A stretch of DNA of 64,000 nt, from the NCBI RefSeq assembly GCF_009914755.1, contig NC_060936.1. The stretch is one strand, 5' to 3'. The position numbers were made by a program, and so were the translations under genes. The notes beneath the pieces are model-generated. The model searched no databases, had not been told where the DNA came from, and was given only the letters and a program-made list of their open reading frames with translations. This stretch comes from the human T2T-CHM13v2.0 reference genome, Homo sapiens. Below, in pieces: positions 14,026 through 28,600 of the stretch (within the stretch, counting starts at the first letter, position 1; each line of letters opens with the position of its first letter).

Positions 14026-16264
14026 CAAAATTCTTATACCACTATGGATAAGGCTTTTTTTTTTTTTTTGAATACTCACCCCTTCCCTGCAAAAAAAGAG
14101 AAAACAGCAAATACTATTGCAAACCTGCAGTGAATCTAGCTTTGCCTTGGCCCAAGCATGCTTGTCTTTGGAATGTCAAGAGCCTGGGGAGCTCATGCTC
14201 TTGCTGCCCTTGTATCAATAGTTTCAGCTTGTATGGATGACAGCAAAAGGGTATGCTTGACTCTTGTACTATGTGACTCTGATTCTCAGTCATGGTGGCT
14301 GCTTTGTGAGCTCACTTTTGCTTGCTCTTAATCAGTGTAAATCCTGAAGCCTTCAATCAGGGATATTTCTCTCCAGAGAGAATCTGCATCTACTTCTGCT
14401 GGGAGGCAGGATCTCCTAGTGACCTGTGACCATGTTAGCTCCCTTCAAGGACCTGCAGGTGTCTCAGGTTTAATTTCCTCCATTGCTGCTGGCCTAGTAT
14501 CAACTTCCTAATAGCACTGTACTATTAAGATTTTCCCTTAAGGCCTCCCCAGCTTCCCATTTGCTTATAGCTCTTCCCTCTCTGCACCCAGCTCACTTTT
14601 TGGGGATGTTGGGGAGAGTGAGTGTGAATAAGTCTTGGAGATTTCTTGTGAGTCCAGTAATACAATATGAAGTGTTTTGTGTCTAGTTCCTAGTTGTTTG
14701 GTAGCAGAAGGGAGCTTTCAGTGTATCTAAACAGGCATATTGCAGAAAATTGGGTTTTACATGTATGTGTCTCCCCTTCCTAGACTGTGAGCTCTTTGAG
14801 AAACAAAATATGCCTATCTCCAGTACCTAGCATAGTGCCTGGATAGTAATAGACCCTCAAAAAATATTTGTTAAAAGAATATATGATATAATAATGCTTT
14901 CCTCCCTCAAAACACTACCAGAGTACCCTTCGCATGTTCATAGCATATACTCCTTAGTCTGATTGTTTTTCTTTGATATTTATTTTCTGAATTTCTACTT
15001 TTATGAGAGAAATTGAGGGCCAATCATTGGAATTTGTTTCAGGTCCAAACTACAATTCCTTGTCTATCACCCAGCTTCCCACCCCTTGGAGCAGTGGTTG
15101 ATGGTTATTACTATGAAGTTTGGAGGATAAGTTTACTTCATGATAAAGTTCAGTCTGCCTAGGTACTTCAGAATCCTTGGGAATGTAATTGGTTTATAGA
15201 TTTTAAATATCTGTATTCCACACATACATCACTGTTGGTATCCTGAGTCTCCTGAAGTTTTCTGGTTCAGACACTCTGATCTGTCCTGCATTCCCTGTTT
15301 CCCAGTAAAATAAGAAATAAGAATTCCCTGTAACTAAGTCCTAGGGATTGGCAGAATTCCAAGGTGGTATTATTGCCAGGCTAATAGTGCTTAATAATTA
15401 ATTAGGCATATTCATTAGTATTATTAAGTCTCTCCCCCCAGCACCACCTGCAATCATTATGTGATGGCAGACAGATGTTTTTCAGGTGCTCACATGGCCA
15501 TCTTGTGGGTTTTTCTCACTCAAATCTGGCAGGCTGTGAAGATGCCTGAGATGGGGAGACAGGGGTTGAGTGTGGGAGTGGAAAGATGGTTAGAGCAATC
15601 AATGAGCACACATTTTCCAAAGAAGAGTCATGTAAGCCAAGCCTGTTGTTAATTAACACTGAGTTTGTTGAGAACGTGGTGTCCAGACTGCGGCAGACAG
15701 AAGGTGCACCCCATCTGTGACTAGCTCCCCCTAGGGAGGGGCTGGTTAAGAGAGAACCACTCCTTCCCTGGGTGCCCTCCCACTGCCTGGTGAGCATATT
15801 CCACCCCCATAGGGTGGGAGGGTGGTGGGTTCCACGGTGACATGACACACAGTTGTCTGGAAGTGGGGACTGTGAGCTTCTGGGTGAGTCACTGTTGCAT
15901 CACTCATACATAGACCCAGGGAGAGCTTTTCTAAACTGTGAAACTGAAGATCTTACTGCAGTAATTTGGTTACATTACAGCTTGCTGATCAAAATCACCC
16001 TGTACTGCTGAAGGTATCTGGTGTGGTGAGGTAGATATCATAGCCCAAATTTGTGCCCTGCATGTGCCTTTTGGCTGACAGAGCCAATGCATCAATTAGG
16101 GGCAGACAAGGCTGTGTTGCTTCATCACCACCACTGACTGTACCCCAGCCCTGAGGCTGTCTTTCCTGGGGCTCTCCTTCCCTGCTCCTGATGGAAGCAG
16201 AAGGAGAGTGGGAGTGAACAAACAGCTCAGACAGCCACTGAGTCTGGGCACTGGACATTTGTAG

Positions 16265-16485
16265 TAATTATCATAATAAAAATAAAATTGTCACCCATTA
16301 GTGAGGGCTTGCCAGGCATAGGTTTCACCCTCACAATGATCCCATAAGCATTGTGGCATCATTATTCCTATTTTATAGATGCAGACACAAGTCCAGAGAG
16401 TTTAAGTCTGCATTTAGGTTATACAGTTGCTAAAAGTTGCACAGTCAGAATTCAGACTTGGTTGCTTGATTCCTAATTGTGCCTT
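16265..16485 (-). mobile_element. MIR
   Basis: Core attattcctattttatagatgcagacac...ag; cagaattcagac. Confidence 0.6.
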
Positions 16486-16754
16486 CACTTCTCTGTTCTA
16501 CAAAAACTTACCATTCTTGACCCTAAGCTTGCTTTTTGGTGATTATGGTGGGTTGCCAAAAGGTTTAATACAATCTAATTTTGGTGGGGGATGTTCAGAA
16601 TTAAAATATGATGTAGTCAATGGACAAGGAATTCTTCTAAGCTAAGAACTTGTGAATATATGTAGCTAAGTTTTAGTAGAAAACAGGGGGAGTGATGTTT
16701 ATAGATGGTGCTATTTTTTTTTTGAATTTAGACTAGAGAAACAACAACAAAAAC

Positions 16755-16768
16755 ACACACAGAGACAC

Positions 16769-16799
<31 letters not shown>

Positions 16800-16802
16800 C
16801 AC
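16755..16802. repeat. (CA)n microsatellite
   Basis: Direct reading. Confidence 0.9.
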
Positions 16803-18175
16803 TCTTTGTAACTGAATAACCTATTTGGCTGCCTGGGAGCAAGATGACCTCTGAGAACAGAGGGTTCAAACAAAGGAAAAGAGAGAGTGTCAGGAAAGCA
16901 TAGGTGGTTGTTGATTCCAGACAAAGCCCCTGGCTCCAGGGCTGCCCCCAGGCTCTTTCTCCAGAAGGAGTTCATCCCATCAGCTCCTTGAGTGAGGTCT
17001 ACTAGGAGAAGGCCTGACGTGAATGTGCACCCAGGCTGTTTTCTCATTGGAGAATCCCTTGTTTTGTAACAAAGGCTCTTCAGAGTAAGTGGGAAGCACC
17101 AGGGCTGTGGGGACTGTGAACTCAGACTCATGGAATTGCTTGATTGAAGCCCTTACTTGCTATACATGGAAGGACCTGAATGCTGAATCTCTGGTGCTCT
17201 TCTGGCTCCAAGGCAGAGGGGCTGCCAAAGATTGAGTCTTTGCTGGGAATGCCCAGCTTGCTCATCTCTCCACCATTACCCTTGACACACAGTAGGCACT
17301 AATAACGGTTCCTCAATAAACTAATAAATGGTAACTCATTCACTGAGCAGCAAGACAGAGATCAAGCTGTGGAAAAACATTTCATACCATGTTTAATAAC
17401 ATTATTCACTCAGTATATATCAAGCTCTTTTATACATAGACCTGTGCGAAGCACTGTGAAGGCTACAAAAATAAAACATATGGTTCCTATCCCTAAGGAA
17501 CAGAAACTGTAGTTGAGAAGGCAAATGATAATTTAATGTTCTTCCCTTGACCTGGATTCTCTTCCCCTAATCTCCTCATCTAGATTCTTCAAGAAGTATT
17601 CAAGAGGGTCTTCAAGACTCTTTTCCAATAATGCCTCTTTCATGAAGCTTCTCCCTCCTCCAACTCCCTAGAGGGTATTATAATTATTTCTGTATATGCA
17701 TCATCTCCTATTTTAGGTTAGAAGTGTTTTCAGAATATGCTTGGCATCTGAATCATTGCTGTATTTTTATTATCCTAGAGCCTAATGTAAACCTAGAACA
17801 TATCAGGATTTTTATGTGTATTAAATTAATGAACTGTTGAATCAATGAAAATACACACAACAAAGAAAACAAGTTTTGAGTAGGACATGGGGATGAGGAT
17901 AGGCAAAGAGGGAGGAGAGGAATCTGGAATGCTAGAAAGGAGTCTCTGCTTCATGAAAAGGGATAATCATGAAGCCTATCTAGGGTGGGGAGGTGTTGGA
18001 GCCCCATGATGAAACAGAGCATTGTGATTGGATCATGCTGGGGTTCATAAAAGTCTGTGATGCCATCAGGAAAAAGCACCTTAAAGTCAAGATTCTAAGA
18101 AATTTCAGTGAGGATTTGGAGGCCATCAAGAATGTAGTGTAGACCCAAGTAAAAAAGAAAAAGATCCTTCAGGGG

Positions 18176-18753
18176 CGTTAGTGAACTAAGAAGATGCTAT
18201 TGAGTAAAAGGGGCTATCTGCCCGATGAGCTAGAAGTCAATACTACGACACTAGCTTTTAGAGAAAAGAAAAGCTTTATATTGAAAGTCAACTCCCAAGG
18301 AGACAAGAATGTCAAGTTCAAATCTGTCTCCCTGGGCTGGCTTCAAAGCAGTATTTTTATTAGGAAAGTTGGATCCACCAGGTGGTGGATTCTGAAATTA
18401 GCAGGTGATTGGTGGAAGGAAAGAGGAGGTTTGGAAAGCCCTTGGGCATGCGTAGTTATCTCTTCATGCTATCTCATGGGTCCCATGTGCAAATTAAGGG
18501 GAGTTAGCAGGAAACATGCTGTGGAAATTCTGGCTGTGACTTCAGCAAACTTGTTCTGTGGAGACTGCAGTAGGCCATATTGGTTCCAACCTATTTCAGC
18601 CAGTTTTTTTATTTTTTATTTTTTTTTTGTCTCAGAAGCAGAGGGAGTTTCAATGTTTCAACAAGTTGTTTCTTCTGTTCAAATCTGCCATCCTGCAAAC
18701 TCAAGAATTCCTATTCATCATTGGCTTCTCTAGCTCTTTGGGGGCATGGTTTC
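18176..18753 (-). mobile_element. ERV1-class solo LTR (MER31/MER67-like; subfamily uncertain)
   Basis: ctgcccgatgagctagaagtcaatactacgacactagcttttagagaaaagaaaagctttatattg resembles an antisense U5/poly(A) region; ends ggggcatggtttca; ~580 bp. Confidence 0.6.
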
Positions 18754-19675
18754 AAAGGTGCAACTGTGTCTAGGGTGGAGCTGGGAATCTCAATGGAAAA
18801 GGGACACTAAAGAGCAAGGGTTTGACAAGCAGAATGGATTATTTCATGGGTAGAACTGTTAAGAAGTTCATTAGTCAGCACATTAGTCTGACTTTCCCCA
18901 CTAGCTAACAGTGGGGAAAGTTAGCTATTCAACTCACCCCATAGAATCCAGCAGAGCAGAGAAGCTGACGGTGTTCAGAGATAAATAAATAGGAGGGCTT
19001 AACCTACATGGAAAGGCTAGTTATATTCATTCTGGGCAATAAGACCCAAGATAAAGCTGATAAGTTGATCTAGGCTAGAAAGGAGTTTAGGAAATTTCTG
19101 GACAAGATGCCATTGAAAGTTGACTCTTTGATGCCTTCCTTTTCTACACATAGGACATTTTAAAAAGAGACAAATTCAAAGGCAAAGCTATGTTAAAACA
19201 CAAAATAAACACTTCTGTACAGCATAAATAAAACAAAAAAATTGTGAGCTGGGTTGAAACTGGGACTTGCTGAGCTTTGGGTCTAGAAATAGGCAGAGAT
19301 AGCCAGGAGTTTTGGGTATTGCAGGGTAACATAGACAAAAAAGGGCCGCATTCCAGGTAAGGAGTCAGAAACTGTGGGGGGTGGGGGTGGGGAACATCAC
19401 TCACAAAAGAGGCTAACAAGATGTCAATTGACTGTTTACTGGGGCTCTGGTTTATATCAAGGTGGGAGGAACTAACCCAGACCTTCACCTGGGCCGAAGC
19501 CAGGAATGTCTGGGCCAGGACCTGCAAAAGGAGTTCTAGTTTTATACTGGGAGCCTCAGAAGGTTGCATGGAGGCAACCACAAGACTGCTAGGATGCTGG
19601 GAGAAGAAAGTAGGAAGGAGGAGAAAAGGAGGAAGAGAGAGAGAGAGAATAAATTATCAATATAAGATTGCAAAT

Positions 19676-19925
19676 TGGCAGTGGCACAATCTCCACTCAC
19701 TACAACCTCTACCTCCTCAATTCAAGTGATTCTCATGCCTCAGTCTCCTGAGTAGCTGGGACTACAGGCATGCATCACAAAGTCCAGCACATTTTTTTGT
19801 ATTTTTGGTAGAGACGGGGTTTTGCCATGTTAGCCAGGTTGGTATCGAACTCTTGACCGCAAGTGATCTGCCTGCCTTGGCCTCCCAAAATGCTGGGATT
19901 ACAGGTGTGAGCCACAGTGTCCGGT
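19676..19925 (-). mobile_element. Alu (S/J type), tail end missing
   Basis: gcagtggcacaatct...cctcccaaaatgctgggattacaggtgtgagccac. Confidence 0.9.
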
Positions 19926-20006
19926 TTATGATTATTATTATTACTATTTTTTTACCAAAAAAAGTAAATGGGTTGCCAACATTTAAGAATTAAGACTTTG
20001 TAGCCC

Positions 20007-20139
20007 ATATATATATATATACACATATATATATATACATATATATATATGTGTATATATATATATACACATATATATATACATATATATATGTATATAT
20101 ATATATACATATGTATATATATATATGTATATACATATG

Positions 20140-20171
<32 letters not shown>

Positions 20172-20172
20172 T
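20007..20172. repeat. (TA)n / TATACA compound microsatellite
   Basis: Direct reading. Confidence 0.92.
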
Positions 20173-20175
20173 AAA

Positions 20176-20317
20176 ACTTTTTTTTCTTTTTAAAATTAGT
20201 AGATATGGGGTCTTGCTGTGTTGCTCAGGCTGGTCTTAACCTCCTGGCCTCAAGCGATCTTCCCACCTCAACCTCCCAAAGTGTTAGGATTACAGGAGTG
20301 AGCCACCGCACCTGGCT
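20176..20317 (-). mobile_element. Alu monomer (FLAM_C-like)
   Basis: ggggtcttgctgtgttgctcaggctggtctt...gagccaccgcacctggc. Confidence 0.85.
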
Positions 20318-20629
20318 GCCTTTCTTGAAAACTTAGTAGATCTACCAGCCTGCCCCTTTGATGACAGTGCTGGTCTATTGAAGCTGAGCAGCGTCAGCTT
20401 CCTTAATCCCTGTGGACATTTGAGTTATAGCCTCTTTTTAAGAGGAAGTTTTTAAGACATATATTAAATAAAGATTGTGTGCTTTGATTTTATATATGCT
20501 GTTCCATTCTTATTTCTGGTTCCTACAGTCATAATGCCCTATGATATATGTGGGATAAATGTGACTGGTCAGGTTTACAAAATTTAGAAGTTATTTAATA
20601 AGTGATTATGTAAAGTGGTTTTAATTCAT

Positions 20630-21465
20630 CTATAGGAATTAAAAAAGAAAAAACCCAAAAAACACTGGGAACTGAAATTTCCAAAACATAAAGGGAAAGT
20701 AATGCTAAGAAAAGGAGACAACAAAATCCACAATTTGGAGATAAATTTATCCCAATGAAATAAATACAATAGAGTGATCTAAGGACAACTTTAAGGCATG
20801 TGTGCTCAGAATCTTTAGAGAGATAAAAAGAAAATATCCTTAGAAAAACAGTAAATTATGGCACAATAGAGCCAGAAATAAAGCAAAAAGAGCAAAAAAA
20901 TGACAAAATCAGAACTCCTAGAAGTAAAAAAATGATAATTGAAATGGAGAAATCTTAACAGACAAGATAAATCCTATACTGGACACAAAGAGAGAATTAG
21001 TCAATTAGAAGATATTAGGAAGGAAGACATCCAAATTAGAGCAAATAAAAATATAAAAGTGTAGTTAAGAGCTGTGGATAATAGCATTTGTAATAGGAAT
21101 TCCAAAAGACAGCAGAGGAAATAACAGAGAACCCATATTGAGAGAGATGAGATAGCTAAAAATTTTCCAGAATTGAGAAAACATGGGTCCTCACACTGAA
21201 AATGCGCATAATGGGCATATAAGGGATGCCTTTAGATCTACCAGAGATGAAAAAAAAAATCCAGATCCCTTCACAAAGAAGGAATATTCTTACATGGTTA
21301 GCAGACCACTCATTAACAATAAAAAAGTCAGTGAAGTAATAATATCTTCAACGTTCTGAGAAAAAAAATGAAGATTCAATAAATTTTTAAAAATCTAGGT
21401 ATAAAAATGTTCAACATTGAGGGCAACTAACTGAGCTTATGCTACTCATACCTGCCCCCAGTCCC
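20630..21465 (+). mobile_element. Ancient L1M ORF1-region remnant
   Basis: A-rich sense strand with gagaattagtcaattagaaga, taataggaattccaaaag, aaaattttccagaattga, aatatcttcaacgttctgag; no open frame. Confidence 0.6.
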
Positions 21466-21518
21466 CGGTCCTTGCTAGTAGAACTACTACCAAAGGCCTA
21501 TGCCATCTAGAACTTGGG

Positions 21519-22028
<510 letters not shown>

Positions 22029-22534
22029 TAGCTAAAAGACAAGAAACAATATAAACTCAGAAACTGGTACAATATATTGGTTAGTCAAATTGACTATGAG
22101 TTATTACAAAACATTAATAATGCTTGTAAAAAAGGTGGAAATAAATTTGGCAATGGGGATATTTTTGTAAAATCTGCTTGAGGTATGTTGGACATACAAA
22201 AAGCTGTACATATTTAATGTATACAATATAGTGAGTTTGGAGATCAGTATATAGCCATGAAACCAACACCACAATTTATGCCATGAACATATTCATCACT
22301 TCCAAAAGTTTCCTCCTGTCCTCTTTATTATTATTAATTTGCGTGATAAAAACACAAGTATTCCTCACTCTTGGCAAATTTTTAAGATACAATATGGTAC
22401 TTTGTGTTAGTTATAGGTACTCTGTTGTACAATAAATCTCTAGGACTTGAATTTGAAATTGCTTTGCTTTTGAAATTCTCTCTTTTTAGAATTTCCCATG
22501 TGTAGAAAAGGGAGGCTTCAAAGAATCAATTTTC

Positions 22535-22652
22535 TTTCTTTTTTTAAAATATTTATTATTATTATACTTTAAGTTTTAGGGTACATGTGCACAATGTGCA
22601 GGTTAGTTACATATGTATACATGTGCCATGCTAGTGTGCTGCATGGTGTGCA
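22535..22652 (-). mobile_element. Very short 5'-truncated L1PA 3' end with 18-bp TSD
   Basis: ttatactttaagttttagggtacatgtgcacaatgtgcaggttagttac; identical TSD ttcaaagaatcaattttc at 22517-22534 and 22653-22670; inserted in an older L1MA relic (from ~22165). Confidence 0.92.
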
Positions 22653-22796
22653 TTCAAAGAATCAATTTTCAATGCCACTTTGACCTGAAATTTCCCATTT
22701 TGTGTAACTGAAATTTTATATCTGTGACTAATTGGTGGTGGTGGAGGATTTTTAGTAGTTAGTTAAAGCACGGTAAAAATCTTTGTCTTATTAAAA

Positions 22797-22987
22797 AGGA
22801 TAAACATAATAACTTTAGAGTTTATTAAAAATATACAATTAAATATGATTGTTAAAATTTTTGGAATATCAGAAGAGTAGACAAATAATCTAGGATAAAA
22901 ATAATAACTTTAGACTTTATTAAAAATGTACAATTAAATATGATTGTTAAAATTTTTGGAATATCAGAAGAGTAGAAAAATAATCTA
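22797..22987. repeat. Tandem duplication, 2 x 95 bp
   Basis: aggataaa(c/a)ataataactttaga...ggaatatcagaagagtaga(c/a)aaataatct repeated with period 95 and about 4 mismatches. Confidence 0.92.
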
Positions 22988-23374
22988 CAGTTCCAAACCA
23001 GCAAATGAAGAAAAGTAGGACTATAGACAAATATATTAGTTTGATGAAAGTCAAGGAAAGGAATAAAATTAAGCAGAAAAGTATGGAAAACAAAAGACAC
23101 AAAATAAAATAGAAATAAGTTCAAATATGTCAGTAAACACAACACATGAAAACATATTAAACTCATCTATTATTGATCTCAAAAACATGATGTTGGGCAA
23201 AAAAAGCAAGATGTATAGTAATATATATATATAGGATAATAACATCATTTGTGTAAAGATTAAAACATTATCCATTATTACATATATTTGTGTATTATTT
23301 ATTTTTGAATGAATGTTGATTACAGATAAATACATGTACAGTGAATATTTTAAAACATTAAAAGAAAAGATAGA

Positions 23375-23672
23375 GCCAGGTGCAGTGGCTTACTTCTGTA
23401 ATCCCCATGATTTGGGAGGCTGAGGCAGGAGGATTGCTTGAGGCCAGGAGTTTGAGACCAGCTTGGGCAATATGAGGAGACCCCATCTCTACAAAAAAAG
23501 CAAAAGACTAGCCATGCACTGTGGTGCACACCTGTAGTCCCTGCTACTGGGAGGCTGAGGCAGGAGGACTGCTTGAGCCCAGAAGTTTGAGGCTACAGTG
23601 GGCTATGCTCACACCACTGTACTCCAGCCTGGGAGACAGAGCAAGATCCTGTCTCAACAAAACAAAACAAAA
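23375..23672 (+). mobile_element. AluJ
   Basis: ggaggattgcttgaggccaggagtttgagacc; gcttgagcccagaagtttgaggctacagtg; (CAAAA)n tail. Confidence 0.92.
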
Positions 23673-25289
23673 ACACCTTCAGGATAGTGGTTTGCTCTGT
23701 TCTGGGGTTAGAAGGAGAGGAATGAGACAAAAGAAACCAGGAAACTCCAATCTTTTCTGAAATATTTTATTTCAAAAAAGAAAAACTTCTGAAGCAAATA
23801 TGAAGAAAAAGTTAACATTTGGATAGCCAGTACACAAATGTTCATGATATTAGCCTTCATACTTTTCTGAACATTTGAAATAAATGTAAAAATATGTCAT
23901 TACAAATGGATTTAAAAATGGAATGAAAGCTGTCCTAAGAAGAGATGAAAAAAGCATACTTGATAGTAGATTTTAGAGGTAAATCTCCATTTTTTTCTGT
24001 AATGACGTTTTCTTGCAAATCTCATTGTATCACTTGTTAAAAATGTGACTAACTCATAATTATTTTAGACTGTTGTATTTAATTATATACTTATTCTCTC
24101 TCAAACACATATAAGAAATAGCATCCTAATTTATATAAAATAAACCAACAAAAACATACATAGATTCATAAGCAGACAAATACATTAGTAAAATATATCA
24201 CGTATTTTTTATATATAAGCAAAATATATCACATATCACAAATATGCCTTTCCCATAGGAGAAGGCAGTGTCTTTAGGACATCATGGAAAGAAACTGCAG
24301 ACATGGCACATGTAATGGGGAGAAGTCTGTTCCTGTCTCAGCTCGGACACGTGAGGCTCTGGGCAAGTTATACTACATGTGATCTCACTAGGAGATCAGG
24401 TTCCTTGTAAAAACCAAAAGAGGTTAATAACACTTGTCTGACGGTTGAAATGATGAGGATGAAAGCACTATGCAGATTTTAAAAGCAAAGCAAGATGTCT
24501 GAAATAGAACGGGTGAGTTTCATTGGTTGTGAAAATTCAGGTAAGAGAAATGTGAATAGAATGTTTAAGCCCCGAATGGTGGGGGCATGGAGGGAGGAGA
24601 TGCTTGGAAAGTAGAGGAACATTTCTACTCCCTGCTCAACATATACCTTAGGCTAAAGGGCACTAAAACTAATTTGAAGCACTCCATTCCAGAGGGCATC
24701 TCCCTACCTGCTGCTAGAATTGCGTAAAAGGCAATGATGCGGGACAGGTCAGTAAGAAATTGGCATTCATTGGAGCTGCTGGCTGATGAATTCAGACAGA
24801 CCATAAAGTTTACATATATATACGTGTGTATATATATATATGGACACATGTATCAGTGGGAAGTATGCTGAGAAGGATAATTGCTTCAGAGGCTACATCT
24901 CCAAATATGCACTCAAGCTGGAGGATTAGCATAACTATCGTCTCTGAATACCTGGGGAAGTGGTAGGTGTACCAGCCACAGGCTAACTGAGTTCTCAAAA
25001 ATTCTCTGGTCCCTAGCAGTTACTGCCATGCTGGTCCCTGTGGCAGCTGGGCAGCAAGTTAAATTGGTTTAATATAATTTGGAAATCTATAACACTTTTC
25101 ATTTCCCTATGTATCCCAAAGCACTTAGTGTTTAAAGAAATGAAGTCAGAATTTTCTCAGGACTATAATTGGAGCAGCAAAGAAAAATAACTCAGAGAGC
25201 TGTAATGGAAGTGGAAAGAGGCCTCGCAGAAGTCCCTAGTGGTCCATGAAAAAGATGTCTAGACAATTAGAAGCCTCTAATATTCCTAA

Positions 25290-25510
25290 CAACAACAGGT
25301 ACTGAGTGATTACTATGTGACATGCACCTTGTGGAGTGCTTTATATGGATTATCTCATTTATGCTACACAACCACCCTGAGGGTGTTACTATCATGATAT
25401 TGATTCTATAGATAAGGACACTGAGGCTTAGAGATCACACAGCTGATAGTCAATAGAATGGGAATGCGAACAGACCTCTGTGGCTTTCCAGAGCCCAAGC
25501 TCTTCAACAT
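25290..25510 (-). mobile_element. MIR
   Basis: gtgctttatatggattatctcattt...cacaaccaccctgag...tatagataaggacactgaggcttagaga. Confidence 0.7.
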
Positions 25511-25634
25511 TATTCTAGTGTTTTTTTGAATCCTGGTCAGCCAAGTACCTTCGTAACTTTTGCCAAATTCAGCTGCCACCTGAGTAATTATTTATTAAAT
25601 ATCTGTTTAACTCACCCTGCACCCCCTTAAAAAA

Positions 25635-28600
25635 CATTTTATTAAAAGATAAAACAGAGATACAGAAAACTCCAGAAACACACATAGGGATGAATGGAGG
25701 CAAACACCTTGGTGATCACCAGCCGGGGCAAGAAACTGAACTTTGCTACCCACCTCTGAACCCTGTTCATGTGCCCTCTATCAATCAGAACCCCTCCCTT
25801 CTCCTACAAGCAACCACTCTTTTGATTTTTGGATATGTCATTTTAGTTTTTTCCCTTGCATTTCATTTTAGTTTTATTACCCCAATGTACATTTCTGAAT
25901 CCTGTAGTTTAGAGTTGTTCCTTATAAAAATATATGTCTTTTAAGTATTTTTTAATCTACAGGATCTCCCTCCGTCTTTTTTACTTGCAATTTACTTGCT
26001 ATAGATCTTGGCTGTTTGTCTTGTGGAGGTTTGCTCAGTCTGGATTTTGCTGATCGTATGCTCACAGTACAGTTCAACATGTTCTTCTGTCCTCCATATT
26101 TTCTGTAAATTAGCAATTGGATCCAGAGGCTTGATAGACACAGGCTCAATCCATTTGACAAAACTATTAAGTGTGGTTGAATTCTTTCAGTGAGAGGAGG
26201 CACGTAGTATCTGTCGACCTCAAAGCTTAAATCCATTCATTCATTAGCCATTCTACAGTGATGATATTCTAATTCTATTATTTCATTCTTTGCAAGTAAC
26301 TAATTTCTTCTTACTACGATAAATTCATAGATTTAAACATATTTGAAGGATTTACATCTATTACAATTATTACATTTAATAAAACTCAAAATGTTCTATC
26401 TTTGGCCCACTGGAACTTACTTGGTTTGGCTCCTGAGTTCTTTTGCTATGACCCTAGTAGTGTTTGATAGTTTTCTTGCTATCTGGAATGAAAAATATTA
26501 CAAGATTATCTTGTGATTTCCTGCCTCAGACTTAGAATCTACTATTTCTCCAAAAGCTCTGTTCTTCTAAGTGAAAAGTGATATTTTAAGACCATAATCT
26601 GGGCATTAAGGAGGTTTATTATTGCAGTATTGGTCATAGTTTGCAGGCATTTTCTGTGGATAGAGTTAGGAAATAAATAAATTCTGTTACATGTTTAAAA
26701 ATATAAATTTACAAATATCACATGAATTCATACTGATACTTCCAATTCAAATTCAGGACTATAGAGTCTGCTTAACCTTGTCTATGTTACAGATCTCCTT
26801 TCTTCTACACTGATAATTTTGTTTCCTAAGGACATAGGAAATACCAGAATTAGAAAATCCCATGTTACTTATTTTCTTTTTCTCACATTACACATACACC
26901 AATCTCAGTGCAATAATGAGCGTGACTCTACTTTTGATGTTTGGCTGCAGACAGCTTTTAAGCCCTTTCTTCTGTCTTTTCCTCTTGCCTCTCTTCTGGG
27001 CAAACTGATAACAAAGCTTGCATACTCCCTCTCTTGACACTAGTGGAGAGTTCAAACCATGCAAGCCCCAGACCACACATGGGAATCCTCATCTCAGCCT
27101 CACCCCCAACCACAATAAAACTCCAAGCTAGTTCCCCCCCTTCCTTCCTCAGGACAGTTTTGGACCTGCTGGGAGCCTGCCTCGCATAGCACAGAAAGCC
27201 TCATGATGTAAGAAACCGTTTCATACCGATTTGATGTGTGTGTGGCAACACCCATCTCAACATTTGACCTATTAATTGGGAGGGGGATCCATCCCATCTC
27301 TAAAGGGTGACCTAAACACTTAATATAAATGTTACCATCAAAATAATTTCTAAGAGGGGTTGAAGTTGTTTTGTGTATGTACTCCCTGTTCTTGCCCCTT
27401 CATTTTTCTGTAGTTATATCTATATTGTCAGAGTTAAAGCCATTTCATACTCTATTTTTTCTTTTTCAGGACTTATTTAGTCATAGGCATTCAAGTAATT
27501 ATATATTTACTATTCCAATCTGTGTACAGAAGTATCTCTAGACATTTTAGTGGTCTAAAATTTGTTTTGTAGATTTCTCAGGAAATGTTCATCAGAACAA
27601 TATTCCCTGAGTTCTTGTATGTTGCTAAATATTCGTGCTCTAGTTAGAGCACTTAGAGGTTAGTTTTGTTTGATATGAAGTCTTTGGGTTATGTTTTCTT
27701 TCTTTGAGTGTATTATTAGTGTTTCTCCATTGTCTTCTACTAACTTAAAAACAAGTTAAAAAATAGATTTATTGAGATATAACATATATGCAATAAAATC
27801 CATCAGTTTCCAGCTTCTTGAATGTATTGGAAAGGTTGCTTCATTATTGTGTCACTTTGTATGTTGTTTTATGTGAGAAGATGGAGGGTAACTTGGAATC
27901 CATTCATTGTAAGTGATATGGTCTTTTTGTCTGTCATACAGCATTGCTTGCAAAAAGTTGACAATCTAATTTTCTTTCCTTTACAAGTTATTTGCTTTTT
28001 CCGCCTACTTAATGCTCAAATAATTTTTTCTCTTTTAAAGTCAAGTAATTGTATGAATATGTGTTGTCTGTGGTTATGCTGAATTGCTATTTTCAGATAT
28101 GCATTGTGTTCCTTTGATATGTAGTTAGTATTTTTTAATTACAGGGAAGGTTCCTTAGATTATAATTTATTTTGTATTTTTTATGTTCCCTTTGTTTGCT
28201 TTGGTTTCATTCTTCAGGGATGCCTATTATCTGTGTGCTGTATTTTCTTTGTTTATTTTCAGTATTTCTCTCTTTATCTCATTTTTTTGTCTTTCTTCAT
28301 TTCTGTTTTAAACATTCTCCTTATTTTCACTTTCTCTTGAAGAATTATCTGTTGTATTTATTCACCCATGTGTTCTTTCTTGTTTAGTTCTCATTTCTGA
28401 GATTTTTTTATGTGTAATTTTTTTCCTGTGTTCTGTGACCTGATTTCTAAGTTTTTTGTAGTTTTCATTTATGTTATTCTTTCATTTCCTTTTTCATGTT
28501 TTAAGTGTCTTTTAGTTAGTTTAGAAATAGTGGGTTACAAGTTTTTATCTGTTTATGGGCATGTTTTTCTGGAAAAGGTGTTATTCTGTTTTTTTATTCT

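Noticed and set aside
18194-18733. 179-aa ORF
   Set aside because: Lies wholly antisense within a solo LTR; no recognisable domain.
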